21,966 bases of DNA, from IMG/VR virus record IMGVR_UViG_3300014913_000087, positions 1 through 21,966 of that record. One strand, 5' to 3'. The notes under the pieces were generated by a model, which saw only the letters and a program-made list of their open reading frames with translations, was not told the DNA's origin and searched no databases. Shown in pieces: positions 7,371 through 14,537 of the stretch. Made by a program: the position numbers and the translations under genes. How positions within the stretch are numbered: the stretch's first letter is position 1; every line of letters begins with the position of its first letter. The DNA is from a virus.

Positions 7371-7616
7371 ATGGCTACGCAACTAGATAATCCCGAACTG
7401 ACCGCACAGGAACGAGCGGCTAAAATTGTTTGGTGGTTGGCGCATGGTGAGGCGATGACGACTCGCCATGTCGCGGAATTGACCGGGCTGGCGCGTAGCA
7501 GCGCATGGGAGATGATGTCCCGGATTGCGAGAGTGATTCCGATTTATTGTAACAAAGATGGTGAATGGGAAGTGTGCGCGATGGAGGAATTGGCTGGCAT
7601 AGCTAAAATTGAATAG
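7371..7616 (+). CDS. Winged helix-turn-helix protein, candidate late-gene regulator, 81 aa (alternative coupled start at 7350)
   Basis: MTTRHVAELTGLARSSAWEMMSRI HTH pattern; GGAGGAG RBS; last gene of the early block. Confidence 0.7.
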   Translation: MATQLDNPELTAQERAAKIVWWLAHGEAMTTRHVAELTGLARSSAWEMMSRIARVIPIYCNKDGEWEVCAMEELAGIAKIE

Positions 7617-7617
7617 G

Positions 7618-7654
7618 GGGTGTTCGGTAAGGCCGAACACCCATGTGGTATATT
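7618..7654 (+). promoter_or_regulatory. Putative late promoter: perfect 10-bp inverted repeat over the -35 position plus extended -10
   Basis: GGGTGTTCGG-TAAGG-CCGAACACCC (7618-7642), then TG-G-TATATT (7646-7654); no TTGACA-like -35 at the expected spacing. Confidence 0.55.
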
Positions 7655-7655
7655 G

Positions 7656-7684
7656 AGCTTGACCCGATGTGGTCAGGCTTTTTT
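7656..7684 (+). terminator. Putative intrinsic terminator at the early/late boundary
   Basis: Stem AGCTTGACC / GGTCAGGCT (one G-U), 6-nt loop, then a T run (7679-7684). Confidence 0.55.
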
Positions 7685-7725
7685 GTGTAGTAGAGAAGAT
7701 CGAAAACACCGAGGTTTTAAGGCAA

Positions 7726-7923
7726 ATGCCTGAACGGAGCGAATCCCTGTCACCTGCTGAGATTGAGGCAATGCTGATCGCTACGCAGAAACAGATCACA
7801 GCGATTGCGTATCAATTAGAATTCGCAGTTGAGCAGATAGTCAAGTTGCATAACCGTCTGTGTGATTGTGTTACGCGGATGAGGGTTGTGATGCATTTCG
7901 GGTTTGGTGATGACAATGACTGA
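7726..7923 (+). CDS. Small coiled-coil hypothetical protein, 65 aa
   Basis: GAGG/AAGG upstream of ATG 7726; heptad-like IATQKQITAIAYQLEFAVEQIVKLHNRL; overlaps the TerS start. Confidence 0.5.
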   Translation: MPERSESLSPAEIEAMLIATQKQITAIAYQLEFAVEQIVKLHNRLCDCVTRMRVVMHFGFGDDND

Positions 7924-8611
7924 TGAAAACAGCAAACAACCCTGGGAGCGCCAGCCTTGGGATACCTCGGTGTCGTTTCGTCGCTTTGTCGACTATTACC
8001 TTCCCCAGCAGCCACCGCGCTCCGTTGATCAGGCTTATCGAGCCTGGCGCGCTGAAAAGCACAAACTACCCATAGACCACGAGAGCATTACACAAAGGCG
8101 CGCCATGAAGGGCTGGCGCCGCTGGTCGCTGGGGCGGAACAAGCAAGATGAACCCATTGTCCCGAACGCTCTCTCCTGGGCGCAGCGTGCCCAGGCCTGG
8201 GATGACCACCTCGCTGCCAAGCTCTTTCAGGCGCTTGAGGAGCGCAAGACTGAGATTCTCAATAGTGGGTACGCGCTTTATTTCGAGCGCATCGCCGACC
8301 TGAAAGAGTTAGCAGAGCTTTTGCGGGACGAGCTGTACACGGAAGATAAGCGTTGGCTGCCAGACGTCCGGCAAATTGGTTCAGGCGAAGACGCCGAGCG
8401 GGTTGATATTGTGCGCTTTAACCACGCTCTCATTGAGCAATACCGGCGCACGCTCGACGACATCGCAGCAGAGCTGGGAGAAAGGATACGAGGGCTAGAG
8501 TTACGTGGAAGCGTGGGCGTCGCTTCCGTCACTGCCGATGAACTAGCACAGGCGCGTAACGAGGCCGAAGCGTGGGAAAAAGAGCGATTCGGAGATGGCG
8601 ACAGTGAGTGA
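7916..8611 (+). CDS. terS: Terminase small subunit-like protein, about 231 aa
   Basis: Trp-rich pattern PWERQP...WRRWS...WAQRAQAWD seen in phage TerS-like proteins; directly upstream of and coupled to TerL. Start could also be 7910. Confidence 0.7.
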   Translation: MTDENSKQPWERQPWDTSVSFRRFVDYYLPQQPPRSVDQAYRAWRAEKHKLPIDHESITQRRAMKGWRRWSLGRNKQDEPIVPNALSWAQRAQAWDDHLAAKLFQALEERKTEILNSGYALYFERIADLKELAELLRDELYTEDKRWLPDVRQIGSGEDAERVDIVRFNHALIEQYRRTLDDIAAELGERIRGLELRGSVGVASVTADELAQARNEAEAWEKERFGDGDSE

Positions 8612-10104
8612 TGGACGACTGGCAAAAGGCCGAATGGCTCAAATGTTCCGAGAACCTGCTCTACTTTGTTGACAGCTATTGCTATATCTACGATGCCACA
8701 GCCAGGGAGTGGATTCCCTTTCGACTGTGGCGAGCGCAGGCCAGAACCCTGCGCACGCTCTTTAACAACCTACTCGTCATAATCCTGAAAGCGCGTCAGC
8801 TTGGACTGACTTGGTTGGTGTTAGCGTTCGCGCTGTGGCTGATGCTCTTCCATCCCGCTGCGACCGTGCTGCTCTTTAGTCGACGTGATGATGAGGCAGT
8901 TCACCTGTTGGAACGGCTCAAGGGTATATATCAGCGACTGCCGGACTGGATGAAGGCCAGGGCTATTGGTAAAGACAACGAGCACATTTGGGAGTTGTCG
9001 AACGGTTCAATAGCGAGGGCCTTTCCGACGTCCGCCGGCGATAGCTACACGGCAACGCTGGCCATCGTGGATGAAGCTGATTTGGTGACCGATCTCAACC
9101 GTCTGATGCGAGCCGTCAAGCCAACGATAGATGGCGGCGGGCGGATGATCTTGCTCAGTAGATCGGAGAAAAAGAAGCCAGCGAGCACGTTCAAGCGCAT
9201 CTACCGATCAGCACGACAACGACTCACAAGCTGGAAGGCCGTGTTCTTGCCGTGGAACGCGCGACCAGATCGGGGCGTAGCGTGGTACGCTGCGCAAAAG
9301 GCAGACATTGAGGAGCGCACGGGTGCGCTGGACGACCTGTACGAGCAGTACCCGACCACGGAGGACGAGGCGCTGGCTCCATCGACCCGAGATAAGCGGA
9401 TACCGTTGCCGTGGTTGAAACAGTGCTATGAAGCTCGGGCGCCGATATTCACCTATCGCACTGGCCGCCTGGCCGCCGATTGGCTGGCGGGCAGCGTGGA
9501 GCCGGCCTACGAAGACAGCGGCGACTACCCGGCGGTGCCGGGGCTAGAGATACACGAATTGCCCCGGACGGGAGTGCGGTACGTCCTCGGTGCAGATACC
9601 GCTGAGGGCAATCCCACCTCCGACGAGAGTAGTGCTACGATGCTGGAGGCGGATAGCGGGTGGGAAGTGGCGGCCTTCCACGGCAGATATCAGCCGTCCA
9701 CGTTTGGCTCCTATCTCGTTGAGCTGGCGCGATATTACAACGGCGCGCGGGTGCTGGTGGAGCGCAACAATCACGGGCACGCGGTCATCCTGTGGATCTT
9801 GGCCAACGCACCCGACGTGGTACTGTTGGAGTGGACTGACGGTCGACCGGGATGGGTGACCACTGCCAAGAGCAAGGTGCTGCTATACGATCAGGCGATA
9901 GACTTTTTCCGTTTTCGGCAGACGCGAATACGCTCGCTGGATACCTACCTTCAATTATCTGCCATCGAAGCGTCTACACTCCGCGCGCCACCTGGAGAGG
10001 CGGATGATCGGGCAGTAGGTTATGTGCTGGGGCTGGCAGCGATGCTGGCCCCGCGAGAGGAACGCCCCCGAGAACCGGGTGTGCAGGTACGGGTAGGATA
10101 TTGA
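8608..10104 (+). CDS. terL: Terminase large subunit, 498 aa
   Basis: ATPase motifs ILKARQLGLTW and AIVDEAD; nuclease motifs VLGADTAEG, VLVERNNHG and ADDRAV. Confidence 0.92.
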   Translation: MMDDWQKAEWLKCSENLLYFVDSYCYIYDATAREWIPFRLWRAQARTLRTLFNNLLVIILKARQLGLTWLVLAFALWLMLFHPAATVLLFSRRDDEAVHLLERLKGIYQRLPDWMKARAIGKDNEHIWELSNGSIARAFPTSAGDSYTATLAIVDEADLVTDLNRLMRAVKPTIDGGGRMILLSRSEKKKPASTFKRIYRSARQRLTSWKAVFLPWNARPDRGVAWYAAQKADIEERTGALDDLYEQYPTTEDEALAPSTRDKRIPLPWLKQCYEARAPIFTYRTGRLAADWLAGSVEPAYEDSGDYPAVPGLEIHELPRTGVRYVLGADTAEGNPTSDESSATMLEADSGWEVAAFHGRYQPSTFGSYLVELARYYNGARVLVERNNHGHAVILWILANAPDVVLLEWTDGRPGWVTTAKSKVLLYDQAIDFFRFRQTRIRSLDTYLQLSAIEASTLRAPPGEADDRAVGYVLGLAAMLAPREERPREPGVQVRVGY

Positions 10105-10112
10105 TTGGAGAC

Positions 10113-10193
10113 GGAGGTGCTGGCGCGTTGAGCCTGCCCACCTCCCAAACTAAACTGGAGGAAGAACAATGGAAAGGTACGGAAAATACGTGA
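10113..10193 (+). promoter_or_regulatory. Putative translational control element upstream of the holin-like gene (SD/anti-SD hairpin plus 21-codon uORF)
   Basis: GGAGGTG (10113-10119) pairs with CACCTCC (10139-10145); CCTCC could instead pair with the holin SD GGAGG (10157-10161). A TTG-initiated uORF (10128-10193) ends in TGATG on holin Met9. Confidence 0.35.
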
Positions 10194-10615
10194 TGGTCGT
10201 CATCGTCCTGGTAATGTTGTCTCTGGCACTATGCACTCAGGTGTTGGCGGCCCCGCCGGCTCCCGACATCCCCGATCCTATCGCAGAGCCCATCAACGAG
10301 TGGGCGGCCGGCTTTGGCCTGAGCGCGTTCGTGATGACGGTCGTGGAGATGCTAAAGCGTCTCGGCTGGCTGAAGGATGGGACCGCAGGTCGTTGGGCCT
10401 CCCTCGGCAATCTTCTGGGCTTTGGCATCCTGATGGTGGTGGGTGTGTTTGGTGTGGATATCCACGGCGACGCAGTACATTCGATCGTCGAGATCCTGAC
10501 CGCCCTGGCACAACTGGCCCTGATGATAGTCGGTGCGCCTTTCATCCACGCGCGCCTGCGCTCTGCGCGGGTCTTGCGGCCAATGAAGAATCGCAAGAAT
10601 GTGATACAGGAGTAA
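10169..10615 (+). CDS. Holin-like multi-pass membrane protein, 148 aa
   Basis: Hydrophobic N-terminus, about 3 further hydrophobic segments and a basic C-terminus (RLRSARVLRPMKNRK); adjacent to a peptidase gene. Confidence 0.6.
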   Translation: MERYGKYVMVVIVLVMLSLALCTQVLAAPPAPDIPDPIAEPINEWAAGFGLSAFVMTVVEMLKRLGWLKDGTAGRWASLGNLLGFGILMVVGVFGVDIHGDAVHSIVEILTALAQLALMIVGAPFIHARLRSARVLRPMKNRKNVIQE

Positions 10616-10621
10616 GGCAAA

Positions 10622-11299
10622 GTGAGTACCATAACCGCCGTTGACCGGCGAGGGTTGGTTGATTTAACCGACCAGCTACGTGATACAGCCGAGTGGTTAG
10701 AGAATTGGCTCATGAACCTGGATACCCCTGTGTCTCCTCGCGCCCCCATAGCAATGTCCCAGAACGACCCTGCCTACGCGGCTATCCATTTTGCCGGTGG
10801 TGACTATTGGACTTTTGCCAATGGGGGTTGCTACGTGACTGACGTGGCGATGGTGGCCAGTCAGGTATATCCGTTCGCAGAGTGCGATCCGCCACGAGTA
10901 GCGAAAGCGCTACAGATGGCAGAATGCTTTCGCGGCGCAGAATTGGTACATCCTCAACGCATCACGGCTGCCTATCCGCTGCTAGAGTGGCCCACGGATG
11001 CCTACTACAATCGTTCTGGCGACCGGATGCCGGCGCAGGCTATGCAGCGGGTGCATGAGCACTTGGAAGCCTACAAGTCCTTGATCGTGAAAGTAGACTA
11101 CCGCCCCGAGAATTACTATTTCAATATGCACTTTGTCCTGCTGGTGGAGGCGGTGGGTGACGAGGATTTTGTCATTATCGATCCACTGGACGGCCAACGG
11201 GTGTCGTTGCTGGAACGGTATGGGGACAGTCGGGGATGGAGTGTGGAGCAGGCGCTCTTTGGCTACCGGGCGCTGCGTCCAAAGGTAGGCGCAGTGTGA
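10622..11299 (+). CDS. C39-like cysteine peptidase, candidate endolysin, 225 aa
   Basis: SQNDP...GGCYVTDVAMV (oxyanion Gln and catalytic Cys), MHFVLL (His), IIDP (Asp). Confidence 0.75.
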   Translation: MSTITAVDRRGLVDLTDQLRDTAEWLENWLMNLDTPVSPRAPIAMSQNDPAYAAIHFAGGDYWTFANGGCYVTDVAMVASQVYPFAECDPPRVAKALQMAECFRGAELVHPQRITAAYPLLEWPTDAYYNRSGDRMPAQAMQRVHEHLEAYKSLIVKVDYRPENYYFNMHFVLLVEAVGDEDFVIIDPLDGQRVSLLERYGDSRGWSVEQALFGYRALRPKVGAV

Positions 11300-11466
11300 G
11301 TGAGATGGTGTCTCGGACTGTTCAGCGCCCCAAGGTGGTGATTGAATCACCAAAAGACCGGGATATAGCGCACGCCTTGCAGATGATCGAGATCCGGCTG
11401 CGCGTGGTGGAGGCGCGGCGCTGGGCCTGGCGGCTGCTTATGGGACTGGGGGTTTATGGTGAGTGA
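11296..11466 (+). CDS. Small hypothetical protein with hydrophobic/basic C-terminus, about 56 aa
   Basis: GTG 11296 overlaps the peptidase stop (ATG 11305 is an alternative); overlaps the portal start. Confidence 0.45.
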   Translation: MSEMVSRTVQRPKVVIESPKDRDIAHALQMIEIRLRVVEARRWAWRLLMGLGVYGE

Positions 11467-13162
11467 TGGGGGGGTCGTCCAGCGCATCACACATCGTCTC
11501 TGGGAAGCATTGACTCCAGTCCCAGTGAAGCAACTGCTTGCGTCAGTGGCGGCGCAGTTGGCAGAACCGGGGTGGATTCCGCTCACGGGCGGCGTCGGGA
11601 CGGAAGCGGATCCCATCACGCGGGCGGATGCGACGGCAGCCTCCTACAAGTATTGGCGTCTCGATCCGCTCTACAAGCGCGCGGTCACGCTCACCCGAGA
11701 TTACACCTTTGGTAGAGGCATCACGGTACACGCTGTAGATCGAGATGTGCAAGCGGTGATAGATGCTTTCTGGAAAGACCCCGATAATGCACTGTTCGCC
11801 ACCCCCATCGGTCAATGGGAACTGATCGAGCGTATCATCCTCGTTGGTGAATTGTTTCCAGTATTGTTCGTGGCTCGCTCGACCGGGCGCGTGAAAGTTA
11901 GTTTGGTGGAAGCGGGGGAAATCACTCAGATTATCCCCGATCCCGATAATGCGCGGCGACGATTGTATTACGAGCGCAGTTGGCACAAGCAAGCCTGGAA
12001 CTGGAAAGCAAAGACCTTCACGGGTGTCAATCAACGTGTGGATTATTATCCCGATTGGCGCGCTGCGGACAAAACACAGCAGGGGGTCTCCATCGAAGCT
12101 ATCCAGTGCGAGTGTGGGGAGCGCGTGACCATCGAGACTTGTCCTCACTGCGGGCGCTCGTTGCGGGCACTGCATGCCGCAGCGGGAAATGATCTCTCCG
12201 GCGTGGATTACGCGACCGTCGGGGACACGGCGACCGGTGTCTATATGACACAGGTTAGAATCAATTCCCATGGACAGCGTGGGATGCCGGCTTTCTACTC
12301 CGGTATCCGCTGGGTCAAGGTTTACAAAGGCTTTTTGGAGGATCGCGCCACTATCACGCTGGCGGCCGCCACGGTCGCGTTCGTCCAGCGGATCAAGGGT
12401 AGCCTATCTCAGATGGCGCGGATGGTGCAAACGTGGGGTCGGACGTCGCTGGAGCGATACGGCGGTGGTGGGAAGGGGAACGAGCGGGCCAGGGGCGCTC
12501 GGGTACTGGTCGAGAACGAAGCGGCACAACTCGAACAGTTTAACTTTGACACCCGGTCGGCGGCCGCCTACATGGATGGTCGTATCTTCCGGCAGCAGAT
12601 AGCAGCGGCGACGGGTCTCACTGAGCCAGACCTCACCGGAGACCCCAGTGTTGGCAACCTGGCGAGCATGACCGCAATGAACGGCCCTCAATTGAAAGGG
12701 TTCGAGTCGTGGCAAGAGTTATTCGCTGGGGTATATCGGGAACTGTTCGACTTTGTGGTAAAGATGGCCATCCAGTCAGGTGAGTTACAACCAACGCGAA
12801 TAGGGAAAAATGGAAAGCCAGAGCCTCGGGATCTCACGGTAGAGGTAGACTTTCCGCCCATCGTGGTGCGAGACTTGCCCTCTTTCATCTCAGCGGTGGC
12901 GCAACTCATTCAGGCCTCAGCTACGAGCGGCGTGGACTATATTACGCCCCGGCGACTGGCAGCCATCATCCTGCGGACGTTCGGCGAGACCGATATAGAG
13001 ACTGCGCTGGCCGAACTCACCTTCGAACCGGTGGTCGCGCTCCCTAGGGAAGGGGGGGATCCGGTAGCCTACGAGCTGCCAGACGAGACGACCGAGGCCA
13101 TCCGTGAGGCGCTGGTGGAGCTACGGGCGGAGCGAGAGGCGATACGGAGGACGACAGCATGA
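11456..13162 (+). CDS. Portal protein with a Cys4 insertion, 568 aa
   Basis: Position before gpF-like and protease genes, size, and portal-like segments (KRAVTLTRDYTFGRG, INSHGQRGMP, YKGFLED, VEVDFPPI). Confidence 0.8.
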   Translation: MVSDGGVVQRITHRLWEALTPVPVKQLLASVAAQLAEPGWIPLTGGVGTEADPITRADATAASYKYWRLDPLYKRAVTLTRDYTFGRGITVHAVDRDVQAVIDAFWKDPDNALFATPIGQWELIERIILVGELFPVLFVARSTGRVKVSLVEAGEITQIIPDPDNARRRLYYERSWHKQAWNWKAKTFTGVNQRVDYYPDWRAADKTQQGVSIEAIQCECGERVTIETCPHCGRSLRALHAAAGNDLSGVDYATVGDTATGVYMTQVRINSHGQRGMPAFYSGIRWVKVYKGFLEDRATITLAAATVAFVQRIKGSLSQMARMVQTWGRTSLERYGGGGKGNERARGARVLVENEAAQLEQFNFDTRSAAAYMDGRIFRQQIAAATGLTEPDLTGDPSVGNLASMTAMNGPQLKGFESWQELFAGVYRELFDFVVKMAIQSGELQPTRIGKNGKPEPRDLTVEVDFPPIVVRDLPSFISAVAQLIQASATSGVDYITPRRLAAIILRTFGETDIETALAELTFEPVVALPREGGDPVAYELPDETTEAIREALVELRAEREAIRRTTA

Positions 13163-14034
13163 CGGCAACCTTGCGGTTAGTGGAGGCTCTCGGAGCGGCG
13201 ACCTATTCGTCGCAGGCGGCCCGTGTCATCCGCGCAGCGCTCAATATCGACGCTCGCCGTCGGGCTATCCCAGCGCTGGAGCAGTTGGGTTGGTGGGCGG
13301 GCGGCGGGGCGGGAACTCCTGTTAGGGGTTCTGGATACACGCCGCTACCCCCGCGCGTGAGCGTAGCAGATCTGCGGGTCTTTTACCTGCGGACGTACTA
13401 TCTCGCGCTCAATGAGGCGCGGCGTGATTCCGCCTGGCGCGACGCCTACGCGCGAGACCTGCGGGGTATCACGCGCCTCTTCTGGCGCGGCGACTTTACC
13501 CGGAGTGCGTTCGTGACCACATTCAGCGACGACGTGGCGATCTATCTGCGGCGGGCGTGGCAAGAGGGCGCTGCTCTATGCGGTGTGTCGCCAGAAGAGC
13601 TATCCGCTCCGGAGCAGACCGAATTAGAGATGCGCATCAACGCCCTGCTCCCGCACGTCATTTCCTTCGCGGATCTCGTAGAGAAACGAACACGGGCGCA
13701 GGGGTACAAGTTCAGCAACCCAGGTCTCCAGGCACGTCTTGGAACTTGGATAACCCGCTACGACGAGTTGCGGACGTTGGGCCAATTGCGGGCGTGCGCT
13801 GACCAGAAACTACAGTGGCGACGCCACTTGAAGCGGGTTACGAAAGAATCGTGTATTGATTGTCTGCGGTTGGATGCTCGAGTATATCGAGCGGCAACTT
13901 GGCGAAAGTGGGGAGTGCGACCACAGAGCCGCGATTTGGCGTGTGGCGGGTGGCGGTGTGGATGTGGATTCGCTGTGGTCACGGATGTCCCGAGCACGCC
14001 GGGACATCCTCCGAGGTTGCAGGGACAAAAGTGA
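13159..14034 (+). CDS. Minor head / head morphogenesis protein (Mu gpF / SPP1 gp7-like), 291 aa
   Basis: Follows the portal with ATGA coupling; C-terminal W...CIDC...P...CGGWRCGC pattern. Confidence 0.65.
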   Translation: MTATLRLVEALGAATYSSQAARVIRAALNIDARRRAIPALEQLGWWAGGGAGTPVRGSGYTPLPPRVSVADLRVFYLRTYYLALNEARRDSAWRDAYARDLRGITRLFWRGDFTRSAFVTTFSDDVAIYLRRAWQEGAALCGVSPEELSAPEQTELEMRINALLPHVISFADLVEKRTRAQGYKFSNPGLQARLGTWITRYDELRTLGQLRACADQKLQWRRHLKRVTKESCIDCLRLDARVYRAATWRKWGVRPQSRDLACGGWRCGCGFAVVTDVPSTPGHPPRLQGQK

Positions 14035-14522
14035 CGAAAAGCAATGACATCAACGAAGCTACCAACGTCGTGATGGATGTACAGGGACCAATCACCACAG
14101 CGGACTTTTTAGCGATCATCCGTATGGGCGTGGAGCCAATCGCAGATGACATCCGTGATTTGCGGTCCGCCCTGGCGACGCAGATTACAGACCTGCGGGA
14201 CAGAGACGAGGCGGCGCGGAGACGAATCACCCGATTGGAGACACAGACCGAAGATTTGATAGGGTCGCTGAGTGATGTCAGGGAGTTGCTTACTGCGATC
14301 GTGGGATCATTGGACATTGAAAAGTTCCGCTCGCAGATTGTGGATATCACAGAGTCCTTCGCAGAGACAGAGGAACTAGCGAAATTAGAGAAGCGAGTGG
14401 TGGCCGTAGAGACGATCGTGCCGGCAGTGAAAATAATGATCTGGGTAGGTTCTATCCTGGGGGCATCAGTTGTAGCGCTCATTTGGGCCTTGATCATTGG
14501 GAGAGCCAGCATATCGTGGTAA
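14031..14522 (+). CDS. Coiled-coil protein with a C-terminal transmembrane helix (XhlA/holin-like architecture), 163 aa
   Basis: GTG 14031 overlaps the preceding TGA; long heptad region, then IMIWVGSILGASVVALIWALIIG. Confidence 0.6.
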   Translation: MTKSNDINEATNVVMDVQGPITTADFLAIIRMGVEPIADDIRDLRSALATQITDLRDRDEAARRRITRLETQTEDLIGSLSDVRELLTAIVGSLDIEKFRSQIVDITESFAETEELAKLEKRVVAVETIVPAVKIMIWVGSILGASVVALIWALIIGRASISW

Positions 14523-14537
14523 CACGAGGAGGCAAGT

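Noticed and set aside
7618-7642. LexA (SOS) box
   Set aside because: The arrangement is GTTC-N9-GAAC, not GAAC-N4-GTTC or GTTC-N7-GTTC.
11468-13058. G7 homopolymers near both ends of the portal gene as phase-variation tracts
   Set aside because: They are short runs encoding Gly-Gly in a G-rich region, with no frameshift evidence.
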